A DNA stretch of 43,024 nucleotides from Candidatus Enterousia sp. (GTDB taxonomy: Bacteria > Pseudomonadota > Alphaproteobacteria > Rs-D84). Under the pieces are notes generated by a model. That model saw nothing but the letters and a program-made list of their open reading frames with translations. It searched no databases and was not told where the DNA came from. The position numbers and the translations under genes were made by a program. The stretch is taken from positions 1-43,024 of the forward strand of contig JAZTWE010000001.1 in the NCBI GenBank assembly GCA_045635705.1. Reading direction: 5' to 3'. Each line of letters begins with the position of its first letter. Position 1 is the stretch's first letter. Of the stretch, positions 34,471-42,902 are shown one piece after another.

Positions 34471-35933
34471 TAGACCTGACACTGACCGAAGCTTTACAAA
34501 AATTAAACAGCGGCGAAATTTCTGCGGTGGAATTGACGCAGTGCTATTTGAACCGTATTGAAAAATATGGCACGGATTTGAATTGCTATATCACAACGAC
34601 CCCAGAACGCGCACTGGCCGACGCTGCCGCATCCGACGCACGTCGCGCTGCGGGTGACACAAAGTTCCTGGACGGCGCACCGATTGCAATGAAGGACTTG
34701 TTTGCAACACGCAACATTCGCACAACGGCGGCATCGCGTATGCTGGAAAATTTTGTACCTGAATACGAATCAACAGTGTCACAAAAATTTATCGATGCAG
34801 GTACGGTTCTGTTAGGCAAAGCAAACCTGGACGAATTCGCGATGGGCACATTTAGTAAGACCAGTTATTTTGGCGCACCCGTCAATCCATGGCAAATTGA
34901 AAAGCGCTTAACTGCTGGTGGTTCATCGGGCGGTTCAACATCTGCGGTGGCGGGTGGATTGGCCATTGCGGCGACTGGCACCGACACCGGCGGCTCGATT
35001 CGTTTCCCGGCTGCAATCACCGGTATGGTCGGAATGAAGCCAACATACGGTTTGTGTTCACGTTGGGGCTGCGTTGCGTTTGCGTCATCTTTGGACACAC
35101 CGGGTCCAATTGCCCGCACTGTTGACGATGCGGCCTTGATGTTATCCGCGATGGCGGGTCATGACCCCAAAGATTCAACCAGCGCAAAAAATGGTTTTAA
35201 TTGCACTGCCCCATTGGATTCAATTTTGAGCGATGGCAAAAAATTACGCGTTGGTGTTATCAAAGAATTCGGCGATGTAAAAATCTCAGACGACATGAAA
35301 ACATTATTTGAAAAACGCATTTCAGATTTGAAATCAATGGGTGCTGAAATTGTTGAGGTTTCAATTCCAAACATCCTGGATGCATTGGCGGCGTACTATA
35401 TCATCGCCCCAGCCGAGGCATCATCAAACCTGGCACGTTATGACGGTATGCGTTATGGCCTGCGTGTCGAAGGTTCTGATTTAATTGACACATATAAAAA
35501 GACACGCGCCGCCGGCTTTGGCGACGAAGTTAAACGCCGTATGATTATCGGCACCGCTGTATTAAGCAGCGAATCCTATGATGTATATTTCATGCAGGCC
35601 GCACGCGTTCGTCGCATGATATCGGACAGTTTTAACAAGGCATTCACAGAATGTGATTTAATTGTATGCCCATCATCGGCCGGCACTGCAATGCCATTGG
35701 ATGCGGGTTTATCACCATTAGAATTCTATGCATTGGATTTGTTCACGGTTGCGATGAACCTGGCGGGTGTACCAGCGTGCAGTGTACCGTGCGGATTGGC
35801 ATCAAACGGCCTGCCTTTGGGCATGCAAGTGGTTGGCGCACGCTTTGACGACATGCGCGTTCTGCAATTGGCAAAGCATATTGAAACCGCGGCCGCAATT
35901 GACAACCGCCCAACAACAATTATGGGGAAATAA
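34467..35933 (+). CDS. gatA: Asp/Glu-tRNA amidotransferase subunit A
   Basis: Amidase signature GGSSGGSTSAVAGGLAIAATGTDTGGSIRFPAA. Confidence 0.92.
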   Translation: MIDLTLTEALQKLNSGEISAVELTQCYLNRIEKYGTDLNCYITTTPERALADAAASDARRAAGDTKFLDGAPIAMKDLFATRNIRTTAASRMLENFVPEYESTVSQKFIDAGTVLLGKANLDEFAMGTFSKTSYFGAPVNPWQIEKRLTAGGSSGGSTSAVAGGLAIAATGTDTGGSIRFPAAITGMVGMKPTYGLCSRWGCVAFASSLDTPGPIARTVDDAALMLSAMAGHDPKDSTSAKNGFNCTAPLDSILSDGKKLRVGVIKEFGDVKISDDMKTLFEKRISDLKSMGAEIVEVSIPNILDALAAYYIIAPAEASSNLARYDGMRYGLRVEGSDLIDTYKKTRAAGFGDEVKRRMIIGTAVLSSESYDVYFMQAARVRRMISDSFNKAFTECDLIVCPSSAGTAMPLDAGLSPLEFYALDLFTVAMNLAGVPACSVPCGLASNGLPLGMQVVGARFDDMRVLQLAKHIETAAAIDNRPTTIMGK

Positions 35934-35967
35934 AAAATGACCGTAAAAACGGCCTCTAAAATAAAAA

Positions 35968-36043
35968 TGGTGGCTAGGGACGGAATCGAACCGCCGACAC
36001 AGGGATTTTCAGTCCCTTGCTCTACCAACTGAGCTACCTAGCC
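35968..36043 (-). tRNA. tRNA-Phe (anticodon GAA), CCA encoded
   Basis: The reverse complement folds as GGCTAGG-TA-GCTC-AGTTGGTA-GAGC-A-AGGGA-CTGAAAA-TCCCT-GTGTC-GGCGG-TTCGATT-CCGTC-CCTAGCC-A-CCA. That is 76 nt with canonical stems. Confidence 0.95.
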
Positions 36044-36098
36044 AACGCGTCAGGCATAATAAGATACTAAAAACAAAAAAGCAAGGGAAAAAGACAAA

Positions 36099-37619
36099 AT
36101 GTTTACGATAAAAGGCAAAACTTGTGATTGGGAACTGGTAATTGGACTGGAAACACATATCGAAGTGTTATCTAATTCAAAATTATTCAGCGGTGCATCT
36201 GCTGACTATAATCCGACCGTATCCCCAAACACCCAGGTTTCAATGGTTGATGTTGCAATGCCCGGGATGTTACCGGTATTAAACGAATACTGTGTTGAAC
36301 AAGCGATTAAATTCGGTTTGGGGATTAACGCTGAAATTTCCCGCCGCAGTTGCTTTGCCCGTAAACAATACTTCTACCCTGACCTACCCCAGGGCTATCA
36401 GATTTCACAGCCTGCCGACCAACCACCAGTTGTCGGTCGCGGGTGGATTGAAATTATGGGCGACGATGGAAATCCTAAAAAAATCTTTATTGAACGCGCA
36501 CATTTGGAACAAGATGCCGGCAAATTAAAACACGATGTACACCCAACAAAATCCTTTGCTGACTATAACCGTACTGGTGTTGCATTATTGGAAATCGTCA
36601 CATTCCTGGATACAAAAAATCCGGAAAACAATTCGTACATTTCATCCCCGGACGAAGCGGAACGCTACCTGCGCGAAATTCGTGAAATCGCACGCGCCCT
36701 GGGTGTATCTAAGGCAAACATGGAAGAAGGCTCTATGCGCGCCGACGTTAATGTTTCCGTACGTCCCGTTGGCTCAACCGAATTCCGCACCCGCACCGAA
36801 ACAAAAAATATGGTATCGTTTAAGTTTATTAAATCAGCTATTGAATACGAGGCGCGCCGTCAAATCGAAGCCTATGAAAACGGCGGCACCGTCACCCAGG
36901 ACACAATGCGCTATAACCAAGGCGACGGAACAACATCTGTAATGCGCAGCAAAGAAGACGCGCTGGATTATCGTTATTTTCCTGATCCGGATTTATTACC
37001 ACTGGAAATCAGCGACGAAACAATTGAACGCATTCGCAAAACAATGCCAGAATTACCATCTGCGACACGCGCGCGCTATACGCATGAATTCGGCCTGTCT
37101 GAATACGATGCGGCGCGTTTGACCGAAACAACAGACATCTCTAAATGGTATGATACGGCGGTCAATGGCGATGCAAAACGCGCCAAGGGGATTGCAAACT
37201 GGCTGATATCCGAACTGTTTGCGCATCCTGAAAACTGGGATGTAAAGAATGAAAAATCCGGTATTGTGGACGAAATGCGTATCATCACACCATCAGATTT
37301 AGCAGAACTGGTTGATATGTTGGCCGAAAACACAATCAACGGCAAACAAGCCAAAGAAATCTTTATAAAAATGTTAGATGGGGAAAACGGCACACCACGC
37401 GAAATCGCCGACAAGTTCGGTATGAAACAAATGACCGACACCGGTGCAATTGAGGCTATCGTTGACGAAGTTATCGCATCTAACCCAGCCCAGGTTGAAC
37501 AATATAAATCTGGCAAGATGGGACTGCTGGGCTTCTTTGTTGGTAATGTCATGAAGAAAACAGGTGGCACCGCAAACCCAGCCGTTGTAAACGAAATATT
37601 GCGCAACAAACTGGCATAA
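36099..37619 (+). CDS. gatB: Asp/Glu-tRNA amidotransferase subunit B
   Basis: WELVIGLETHIEV, FARKQYFYPDLPQGYQISQ, and a C-terminal YqeY-like tail. Confidence 0.92.
   Translation: MFTIKGKTCDWELVIGLETHIEVLSNSKLFSGASADYNPTVSPNTQVSMVDVAMPGMLPVLNEYCVEQAIKFGLGINAEISRRSCFARKQYFYPDLPQGYQISQPADQPPVVGRGWIEIMGDDGNPKKIFIERAHLEQDAGKLKHDVHPTKSFADYNRTGVALLEIVTFLDTKNPENNSYISSPDEAERYLREIREIARALGVSKANMEEGSMRADVNVSVRPVGSTEFRTRTETKNMVSFKFIKSAIEYEARRQIEAYENGGTVTQDTMRYNQGDGTTSVMRSKEDALDYRYFPDPDLLPLEISDETIERIRKTMPELPSATRARYTHEFGLSEYDAARLTETTDISKWYDTAVNGDAKRAKGIANWLISELFAHPENWDVKNEKSGIVDEMRIITPSDLAELVDMLAENTINGKQAKEIFIKMLDGENGTPREIADKFGMKQMTDTGAIEAIVDEVIASNPAQVEQYKSGKMGLLGFFVGNVMKKTGGTANPAVVNEILRNKLA
37072..37085 (+). 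repeat. Perfect copy of the dispersed 14-mer CGCGCTATACGCAT, inside gatB
   Basis: gcgCGCGCTATACGCATgaattc, encoding ..RARYTHEF.. Confidence 0.9.
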
Positions 37620-37622
37620 CAA

Positions 37623-37841
37623 ATGACGATACGGAATTTGGCACTTAAACTAATCAAACAAAGCGAGGTCGAAGTGTATTCAATGCTGCATATTTTACGA
37701 GAAATGTCAGTCGACGAAGCGCGCATAAAAACACGCGCCCGCGAACGCGAATACGCGGCCAAGGCCGCATGGCGGAACTGTAACGCACGTTATCGTCAAA
37801 TCCAACACCAATTCAAACATACACACACTAAAAAAATATAA
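37623..37841 (+). CDS. Hypothetical small basic protein (72 aa)
   Basis: ATG 4 nt after the gatB stop. K/R-rich with no recognisable motif. Confidence 0.35.
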   Translation: MTIRNLALKLIKQSEVEVYSMLHILREMSVDEARIKTRAREREYAAKAAWRNCNARYRQIQHQFKHTHTKKI

Positions 37842-37860
37842 TCAGAAAAGGAGCGTATTA

Positions 37861-38030
37861 TGGCAAAGATAATCACAATCGTTGAAAATGATGCAATCAC
37901 TGGCGTTCGCTATGGCACTGTTGAAATTCCCGAACAGTCATCAAACATTAAACGCGCACAAAAACAACTTGAAAAAATCAGTGCACAAAAGAATAAAAAA
38001 ATCCGCAGCGAACACACAAAAAGAAAATAA
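37861..38030 (+). CDS. Possible small basic ORF of about 56 aa (MAKIITIVENDAITGVRYGTVEIPEQ...); end coordinate uncertain by 1-2 nt
   Basis: AAAGGAG RBS 6 nt upstream of the ATG at 37861. It is below the ORF-track size cutoff. Homopolymer A-runs make manual frame tracking unreliable. Confidence 0.3.
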
Positions 38031-38033
38031 AAA

Positions 38034-39338
38034 ATGAAAAAATTCTTTATCAAAACCTTTGGCTGTCAAATGAATGTTTATGATGGTCAGCGAATCGCCA
38101 ACATGCTGGAACACCATGGTTTCGTGCATACAGACGATGTTACTGATGCTGACATCATCATACTTAACACATGCGCTGTTCGCGCCAAGGCAACAGATAA
38201 AGTATTTTCGGCACTGGGGCGCATTCGTCGCGCAAAAAAGCCATCGGCCCTGTTCGGCATTGTTGGTTGTGTCGCACGTGAAGCAGGCGCAACTGCTTTC
38301 AAACGAATCCCCGACCTAAACTTTGTTTTGGGCCCACAAAGTTATCACAAATTACCAGAAATTATAAAAAATCCAGACGCCCGTTTACTAAACATAGACC
38401 TTGGCGGACTGGAAAAATTTGATAGCCTGCCACAAATAACAAAATCACCATTGGTCGCATACATCCCAATCCAAGAAGGTTGCAACCACTGTTGCACATA
38501 TTGCATTGTTCCCTACACACGCGGTCGCGAATTGTCGCGCCCATTTGATGACTGTGTACGCGATACAATTCACGCAGCAAAAACAGGCGCAATTGAAATT
38601 TGCTTTTTGGGGCAAAATGTGAATGGCTATAAATACACGGATGAAAATGGCAAAACATATCGCCTGTCGGATTTAATACGCGAAGCCGCAAAAATCCCAG
38701 AAATCATGCGTATACGCTTTACATCCAGTTATCCAACAGAAATGACAGACGACCTGATTTCCATGTTTGCAACAGAACCAAAACTGTTGTCTTTCTTGAA
38801 TATGCCAATTCAAAGTGGCGCGCCCGATGTTCTGCGTTGCATGAATCGACCATACGATTTAGAACAATACCTAACCATTGTTAATAAATTACGCAACGCC
38901 CGCCTTGATTTGCAAATATCGTCCGACTTTATTGTTGGATTCCCCGGCGAAACCGATTCGGATTTTGAACAAACAATGGAAATTGCCCGGACAGTAAAAT
39001 ACATAAATTCATACTGTTTTAAGTATTCACCACGTCCGCATACGGCGGCCGCCCTTATGCCAGACCAAATACCAGAAAGCATCAAATCTGCGCGCCTGGC
39101 AAAATTAGACGAATACCTAAACGAACAACAGCGCGAATTTAACATCAGTTGCATTAACAAAACCATGCAATGCCTGTTGGAAGGTCGCGACAAAACCGGT
39201 CGCCACCTGGTTTATCGCACACCCTTTATGCAACAATGCATTGTCCCAACGCCTGAATCTGGAAACGCCCCTGCCCTGTGCAACATTTGTATCACAGATG
39301 CGAACAAGGCATCACTGCGCGGGAAAATAGTCGATTAA
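38034..39338 (+). CDS. miaB: tRNA-i6A37 methylthiotransferase MiaB (radical SAM)
   Basis: N-terminal TFGCQMNVYD, radical-SAM cluster CNHCCTYC, GQNVNGY, MPIQSGAPDVLRCMNRPY and VGFPGETDSDF. Confidence 0.9.
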   Translation: MKKFFIKTFGCQMNVYDGQRIANMLEHHGFVHTDDVTDADIIILNTCAVRAKATDKVFSALGRIRRAKKPSALFGIVGCVAREAGATAFKRIPDLNFVLGPQSYHKLPEIIKNPDARLLNIDLGGLEKFDSLPQITKSPLVAYIPIQEGCNHCCTYCIVPYTRGRELSRPFDDCVRDTIHAAKTGAIEICFLGQNVNGYKYTDENGKTYRLSDLIREAAKIPEIMRIRFTSSYPTEMTDDLISMFATEPKLLSFLNMPIQSGAPDVLRCMNRPYDLEQYLTIVNKLRNARLDLQISSDFIVGFPGETDSDFEQTMEIARTVKYINSYCFKYSPRPHTAAALMPDQIPESIKSARLAKLDEYLNEQQREFNISCINKTMQCLLEGRDKTGRHLVYRTPFMQQCIVPTPESGNAPALCNICITDANKASLRGKIVD

Positions 39339-40882
39339 AATTCCAAAACTGCATTTGCAGAAAATTCATAATGCGTGCCAAATTCGTCACGCATTGCTGT
39401 GACATTAACAAAACCACCAACACCATCCATCACTGACCGCACTGCCACCCGTGCCCCAGCACCAATATCTGAATTTGTATTCAACACCACATTTGCACTA
39501 TACTTATATTCAATTCCTGCGACATTAAAGTGATAGCCAATTTCACCACCAATGCGCGCAGAATAATCTGACAAATTATAACCCGCAACATTCAGTGAAT
39601 CTGATTCCGCGCCAACAAATCCAGACACATACATATCCGAACCCAATGACTTTTCCACACCAACATCTGCCATAACATAGTACGCATATCCCGTTGGATT
39701 ATTTTCTATTTTATCAGCACCCACAACCGGACCAACATCAAATTCAGAAACCGTCAACCCAATCGCACCACGAACAAACAAATCATCAAACACATAACGA
39801 ACATCAACATTTCCGCCGTATAGCACTGATTTTGCCATATCAACATCAGATTCATAATCCATCATACCCGCCATCAATCCGACATTCACAGAAAACGTTT
39901 CCTGATTTCCAATTGCAACACCTGCACGCGCACCATAAATTGTATTTTCATCAGAAATAATTGCAAAGGGCCGTGCAAAAATCGAATCGCCATCTGACAT
40001 TGTCATACGATTCATTTTATGCATTGATAAAATTGGCCACATTAAACGAATCGGATTCACCCGTACAGACCGTGACAAAATCGCATTTATTTCATCCATA
40101 CTATTGGCATTATCCAACCCAGACAACAACGAATCGCCCGGATTATCTGCACGCAATAAATCCAACATACGCCCAATATCATTTTTCATAATATTGCCAT
40201 AGTCTGTATTACGAACATATTTAACATATAAATTACCACTACGCATATATGCCGCACTGGCAAACAACGGATTCTCGGCCGCACTATCAATCATAACATA
40301 AACAATTCCAGTACCCGACACATTTTCTAACAACACGAATTCATTAGTATCAGACCCCAACCCTGTCACACGCAACGTCACATTTCCCGAAACACTAAAC
40401 CCAACATCACCCCCATTTAACGGACCATTCAGTGTTAAACTAACAGATTCTAAATCAATTATTTTTGCATCACCTGCCACAGCAACAATATCATTCAGAT
40501 TTAATATTTCATTCCCGCGCACCAGTACGGAATATTCTACATCTGCATTTATATCTGTAATTGATTCTGAACTTGTTATCAATTGATACAACTGGGCACT
40601 ATCATTCAACACAAAACTGGCATTAAAGTCGCCATAATTTTCAATCGTCAGTTCTGAATTTCCACCCACAACAATCCCCGCATTAACCACACCCATATTT
40701 GTGATTTTCAGTGTACGTTCCACAGACAACACATCTACAATCATTGTTCCTGTATCAGTAATCACGGTATCAGAATTCAGACGGCGGGACAGTGCTTGAT
40801 AATACACATCAACAACATCTGCGCGTGCCATCGACACAACGCCAAGAAATGGAATAAATAAACACAGTGCTAAACATCTCAT
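39335..40882 (-). CDS. Autotransporter outer-membrane protein (passenger plus C-terminal beta-barrel)
   Basis: Signal peptide MRCLALCLFIPFLGVVSMARA. A passenger of about 250 aa rich in V/N/G/S beta-strand repeats. The C-terminal approximately 270 aa show an alternating amphipathic pattern and end in ...YEFSANAVLEF (terminal Phe). Confidence 0.7.
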   Translation of the reverse strand: MRCLALCLFIPFLGVVSMARADVVDVYYQALSRRLNSDTVITDTGTMIVDVLSVERTLKITNMGVVNAGIVVGGNSELTIENYGDFNASFVLNDSAQLYQLITSSESITDINADVEYSVLVRGNEILNLNDIVAVAGDAKIIDLESVSLTLNGPLNGGDVGFSVSGNVTLRVTGLGSDTNEFVLLENVSGTGIVYVMIDSAAENPLFASAAYMRSGNLYVKYVRNTDYGNIMKNDIGRMLDLLRADNPGDSLLSGLDNANSMDEINAILSRSVRVNPIRLMWPILSMHKMNRMTMSDGDSIFARPFAIISDENTIYGARAGVAIGNQETFSVNVGLMAGMMDYESDVDMAKSVLYGGNVDVRYVFDDLFVRGAIGLTVSEFDVGPVVGADKIENNPTGYAYYVMADVGVEKSLGSDMYVSGFVGAESDSLNVAGYNLSDYSARIGGEIGYHFNVAGIEYKYSANVVLNTNSDIGAGARVAVRSVMDGVGGFVNVTAMRDEFGTHYEFSANAVLEF

Positions 40883-40926
40883 TTTCTTACGATATTGACA
40901 TTAGCACACAGGAATAATTTCCGAAA

Positions 40927-40955
40927 GTAAAAAATCCCCTGGTTGCCCAAGGGAT
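40927..40955 (-). terminator. Terminator of the SOD-like lipoprotein gene
   Basis: An imperfect 9-bp hairpin ATCCCTTGG/CCAGGGGAT followed by T6 on the minus strand. Confidence 0.6.
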
Positions 40956-40977
40956 TTATCTTACAAAACGCGCTAAA

Positions 40978-41529
40978 TTATTTTTCCAATTGGCCCCAGC
41001 CAGCTTTATAGCCACCGTCGCGTTCCAGCCAGATTTTCGCACCATTCAATTGTGCTGCACTCATACCCTGAATCATAAATGTTTCGTCTAACTTACGACT
41101 CATACCTGTTTCCAACATTGGCAATTTGACATTGATTGGTGTTTTATTACAGCATCCTGTTTCACCGTATGCACACATACCGCACTTTGCTAATTTAACT
41201 GTATACGGCACACCCGGGCGCAGGTCTTTCAAGTCAACAACCATTTTCAAACCATTATCAGTATCATGGAATTTGATATGTCCCATGTGTGATACGCCAC
41301 CCTTGCTGCTGCGTGTATACATTTTTGCATAAACCTTATCAATATCTGCATTTTCATATGTCTGATACACAACAATAGAATCTGATTCAATAACCTCTAC
41401 TGGTTGTGGTGCGCGATGATGTTGCTTGTGCGCGGCATGCTTATTTGGACACGACGAACATCCTGCCAAGACAGCTGCGGCCGCCAATACAGATGCAAAT
41501 GTAACTGCTTTTTTTGTTAAGACTTTCAT
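40978..41529 (-). CDS. Lipoprotein with a Cu/Zn-superoxide-dismutase-like fold signature but lacking the metal-binding His residues
   Basis: Lipobox in MKVLTKKAVTFASVLAAAAVLAG|C. GHIKFHDTDNGLKMVVDLKDLRPGVPYTVKLAKCGMC parallels the SodC pattern G.v.f....g.v.v...l.gL.pG.HGFHIHE.G.C, but YTVKLAK replaces HGFHIHE. A perfect RBS (AAAGGAG) precedes the ATG at 41529. Confidence 0.35.
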   Translation of the reverse strand: MKVLTKKAVTFASVLAAAAVLAGCSSCPNKHAAHKQHHRAPQPVEVIESDSIVVYQTYENADIDKVYAKMYTRSSKGGVSHMGHIKFHDTDNGLKMVVDLKDLRPGVPYTVKLAKCGMCAYGETGCCNKTPINVKLPMLETGMSRKLDETFMIQGMSAAQLNGAKIWLERDGGYKAGWGQLEK

Positions 41530-41602
41530 ATGATTTCTCCTTTGTTTCATTTGGGTTACGACATTGATTGTATAATAAAACACCCACCTTTTCGCCAGGT
41601 TT

Positions 41603-41617
41603 GATTCCCTAGGAATC
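41603..41617. promoter_or_regulatory. Palindrome GATTCC-CTA-GGAATC in the divergent SOD-like/Dps-like intergenic region (operator candidate)
   Basis: 6-bp inverted arms read directly from the sequence. It sits 10 nt from a perfect copy of the 14-mer. Confidence 0.3.
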
Positions 41618-41627
41618 ACCGGAAATC

Positions 41628-41641
41628 ATGCGTATAGCGCG
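41628..41641 (-). repeat. Perfect copy (reverse orientation) of the dispersed 14-mer CGCGCTATACGCAT
   Basis: The plus strand reads atgcgtatagcgcg. Confidence 0.9.
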
Positions 41642-41719
41642 TTTTGAACACTGTCCTATACCACCACAAAAACACTTGTGATATTTTTATCATCGTAACA
41701 TCAAAAAAGGAGATAAAAA

Positions 41720-42076
41720 ATGTATGAACTGATGCAACATTTAATCGCATTCAAATACGCATGCAAAATAAACCATTGGTCCACTGACAACTATTCACAC
41801 CACCTGTTGTTTGACCGCCTGACCGAAGATATTGACACATGGGTTGACGCAATTGCCGAAACATATTTCATGGCCAACAACAACAAGAAAGTATTCAACG
41901 CCAATATTTTGAATTCTAAATATGTTGATACAAATCTGGTCCGCGCATGCGAACTAATTATCAGTCATCTGGAAGAATTACAAAACGATGGTGAAACAAA
42001 CGAAGGTCTAAATTCCCTGCTAAGCGGTATCGAAGAAGGCTTTTTAAACAAACTGGCCCTGGCAAAATTATCATAA
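41720..42076 (+). CDS. Short Dps/ferritin-like four-helix-bundle protein
   Basis: LIAFKYACKINHWSTDNYSHHLLFDRLTEDIDTWVDAIAETY parallels the Dps ferroxidase-site pattern (..HW.v.G..F..lH..fee.y.....vD.iAER). At 118 aa it is shorter than canonical Dps. RBS AAGGAG. Confidence 0.45.
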   Translation: MYELMQHLIAFKYACKINHWSTDNYSHHLLFDRLTEDIDTWVDAIAETYFMANNNKKVFNANILNSKYVDTNLVRACELIISHLEELQNDGETNEGLNSLLSGIEEGFLNKLALAKLS

Positions 42077-42079
42077 AGC

Positions 42080-42104
42080 CCCCGCAACTTTGCGGGGATT
42101 TTTT
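42080..42104 (+). terminator. Terminator of the Dps-like gene
   Basis: CCCCGCA-ACTT-TGCGGGG followed by T6. Confidence 0.8.
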
Positions 42105-42112
42105 CTAGCAAA

Positions 42113-42141
42113 CAAAAACCCGCCACATTGGGCGGGATTTT
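42113..42141 (-). terminator. Terminator of the OMP gene
   Basis: On the minus strand: CCCGCC-CAATGT-GGCGGG followed by T5. Confidence 0.75.
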
Positions 42142-42147
42142 TGATTC

Positions 42148-42762
42148 CTAGAACATAAATCTGATACCGACATCACCACCAAAGTTATGCAACCCTGATT
42201 CGATATCGATATAGTTATAACGCGCTGCCAAATCAACAGCAAAACGTTCCATATCAAATGTTACGCCCAATGTACCCATTGCAGACAAACGGGTTTTGCT
42301 GTCGCTGACATGTGCGAACCCTGGAACTTCGCGTTTAACTTCTGAAAACGCCATACCGACGCCCATACCAACGAACGGACGCACAATTTTATATGAACCA
42401 AATTCCATATACGAGTTCCACATCAATGTCTGTAATTTTGTTTCAACCTTTACATCATTGACACCGTTAAATTCGGCATTGTCTTCGCCTTTGCTGAATA
42501 TAGACCATTCTACTTCGGAACGAACGGTATCACAAACTTCCAAACCTAATGCTACACGTCCCTGGAACACAAAGTCTGTCATTGATTCTTTGGAACCATT
42601 ATAGCGATAGTTCAAATTTTCATATGTCATACCGCCACGCATACCAATATAAGGATCCAGTCCCCACATTGTCCAGCTGCTGCCTTCACTTGGGTGATTG
42701 ATACCTGCAAATGCCGGGCACGCAATCAGCACAGCCAGTGTTGAAATTGCAATTTTTTTCAT
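42148..42762 (-). CDS. Small outer-membrane beta-barrel protein (OmpA-like/Opa-like barrel family)
   Basis: Signal peptide MKKIAISTLAVLIACPAFA. Alternating amphipathic strands. The C-terminus ...GGDVGIRFMF ends in Phe. Confidence 0.7.
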   Translation of the reverse strand: MKKIAISTLAVLIACPAFAGINHPSEGSSWTMWGLDPYIGMRGGMTYENLNYRYNGSKESMTDFVFQGRVALGLEVCDTVRSEVEWSIFSKGEDNAEFNGVNDVKVETKLQTLMWNSYMEFGSYKIVRPFVGMGVGMAFSEVKREVPGFAHVSDSKTRLSAMGTLGVTFDMERFAVDLAARYNYIDIESGLHNFGGDVGIRFMF

Positions 42763-42870
42763 TTTTTCTCCTTTTTGTACTTTGTTGTTTATCAAAGTTT
42801 CGTGTCAACAATATGATTTTATCAAAGGCAAATAGAATATTGCATAGGTATGGATTCTGATGTATAGCAA

Positions 42871-42894
42871 TAAAAAATGACCACAAGTGTGGTC
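42871..42894 (-). terminator. Rho-independent terminator on the minus strand
   Basis: On the minus strand: GACCACA-CT-TGTGGTC followed by T6ATT. Confidence 0.7.
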
Positions 42895-42902
42895 GTTATT
42901 TC

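Noticed and set aside
1885-41641. The 14-mer as a polar chromosome-organising word (KOPS/Chi-like) or as part of a Rickettsia-palindromic-element-like insertion
   Set aside because: Orientations are mixed on both sides of dnaA (-,+,+,-,- to its left and -,+,+,- to its right), so there is no strand polarity. The flanks of the coding copies share no similarity and there is no extra inserted peptide segment, so it is not an RPE-type insertion.
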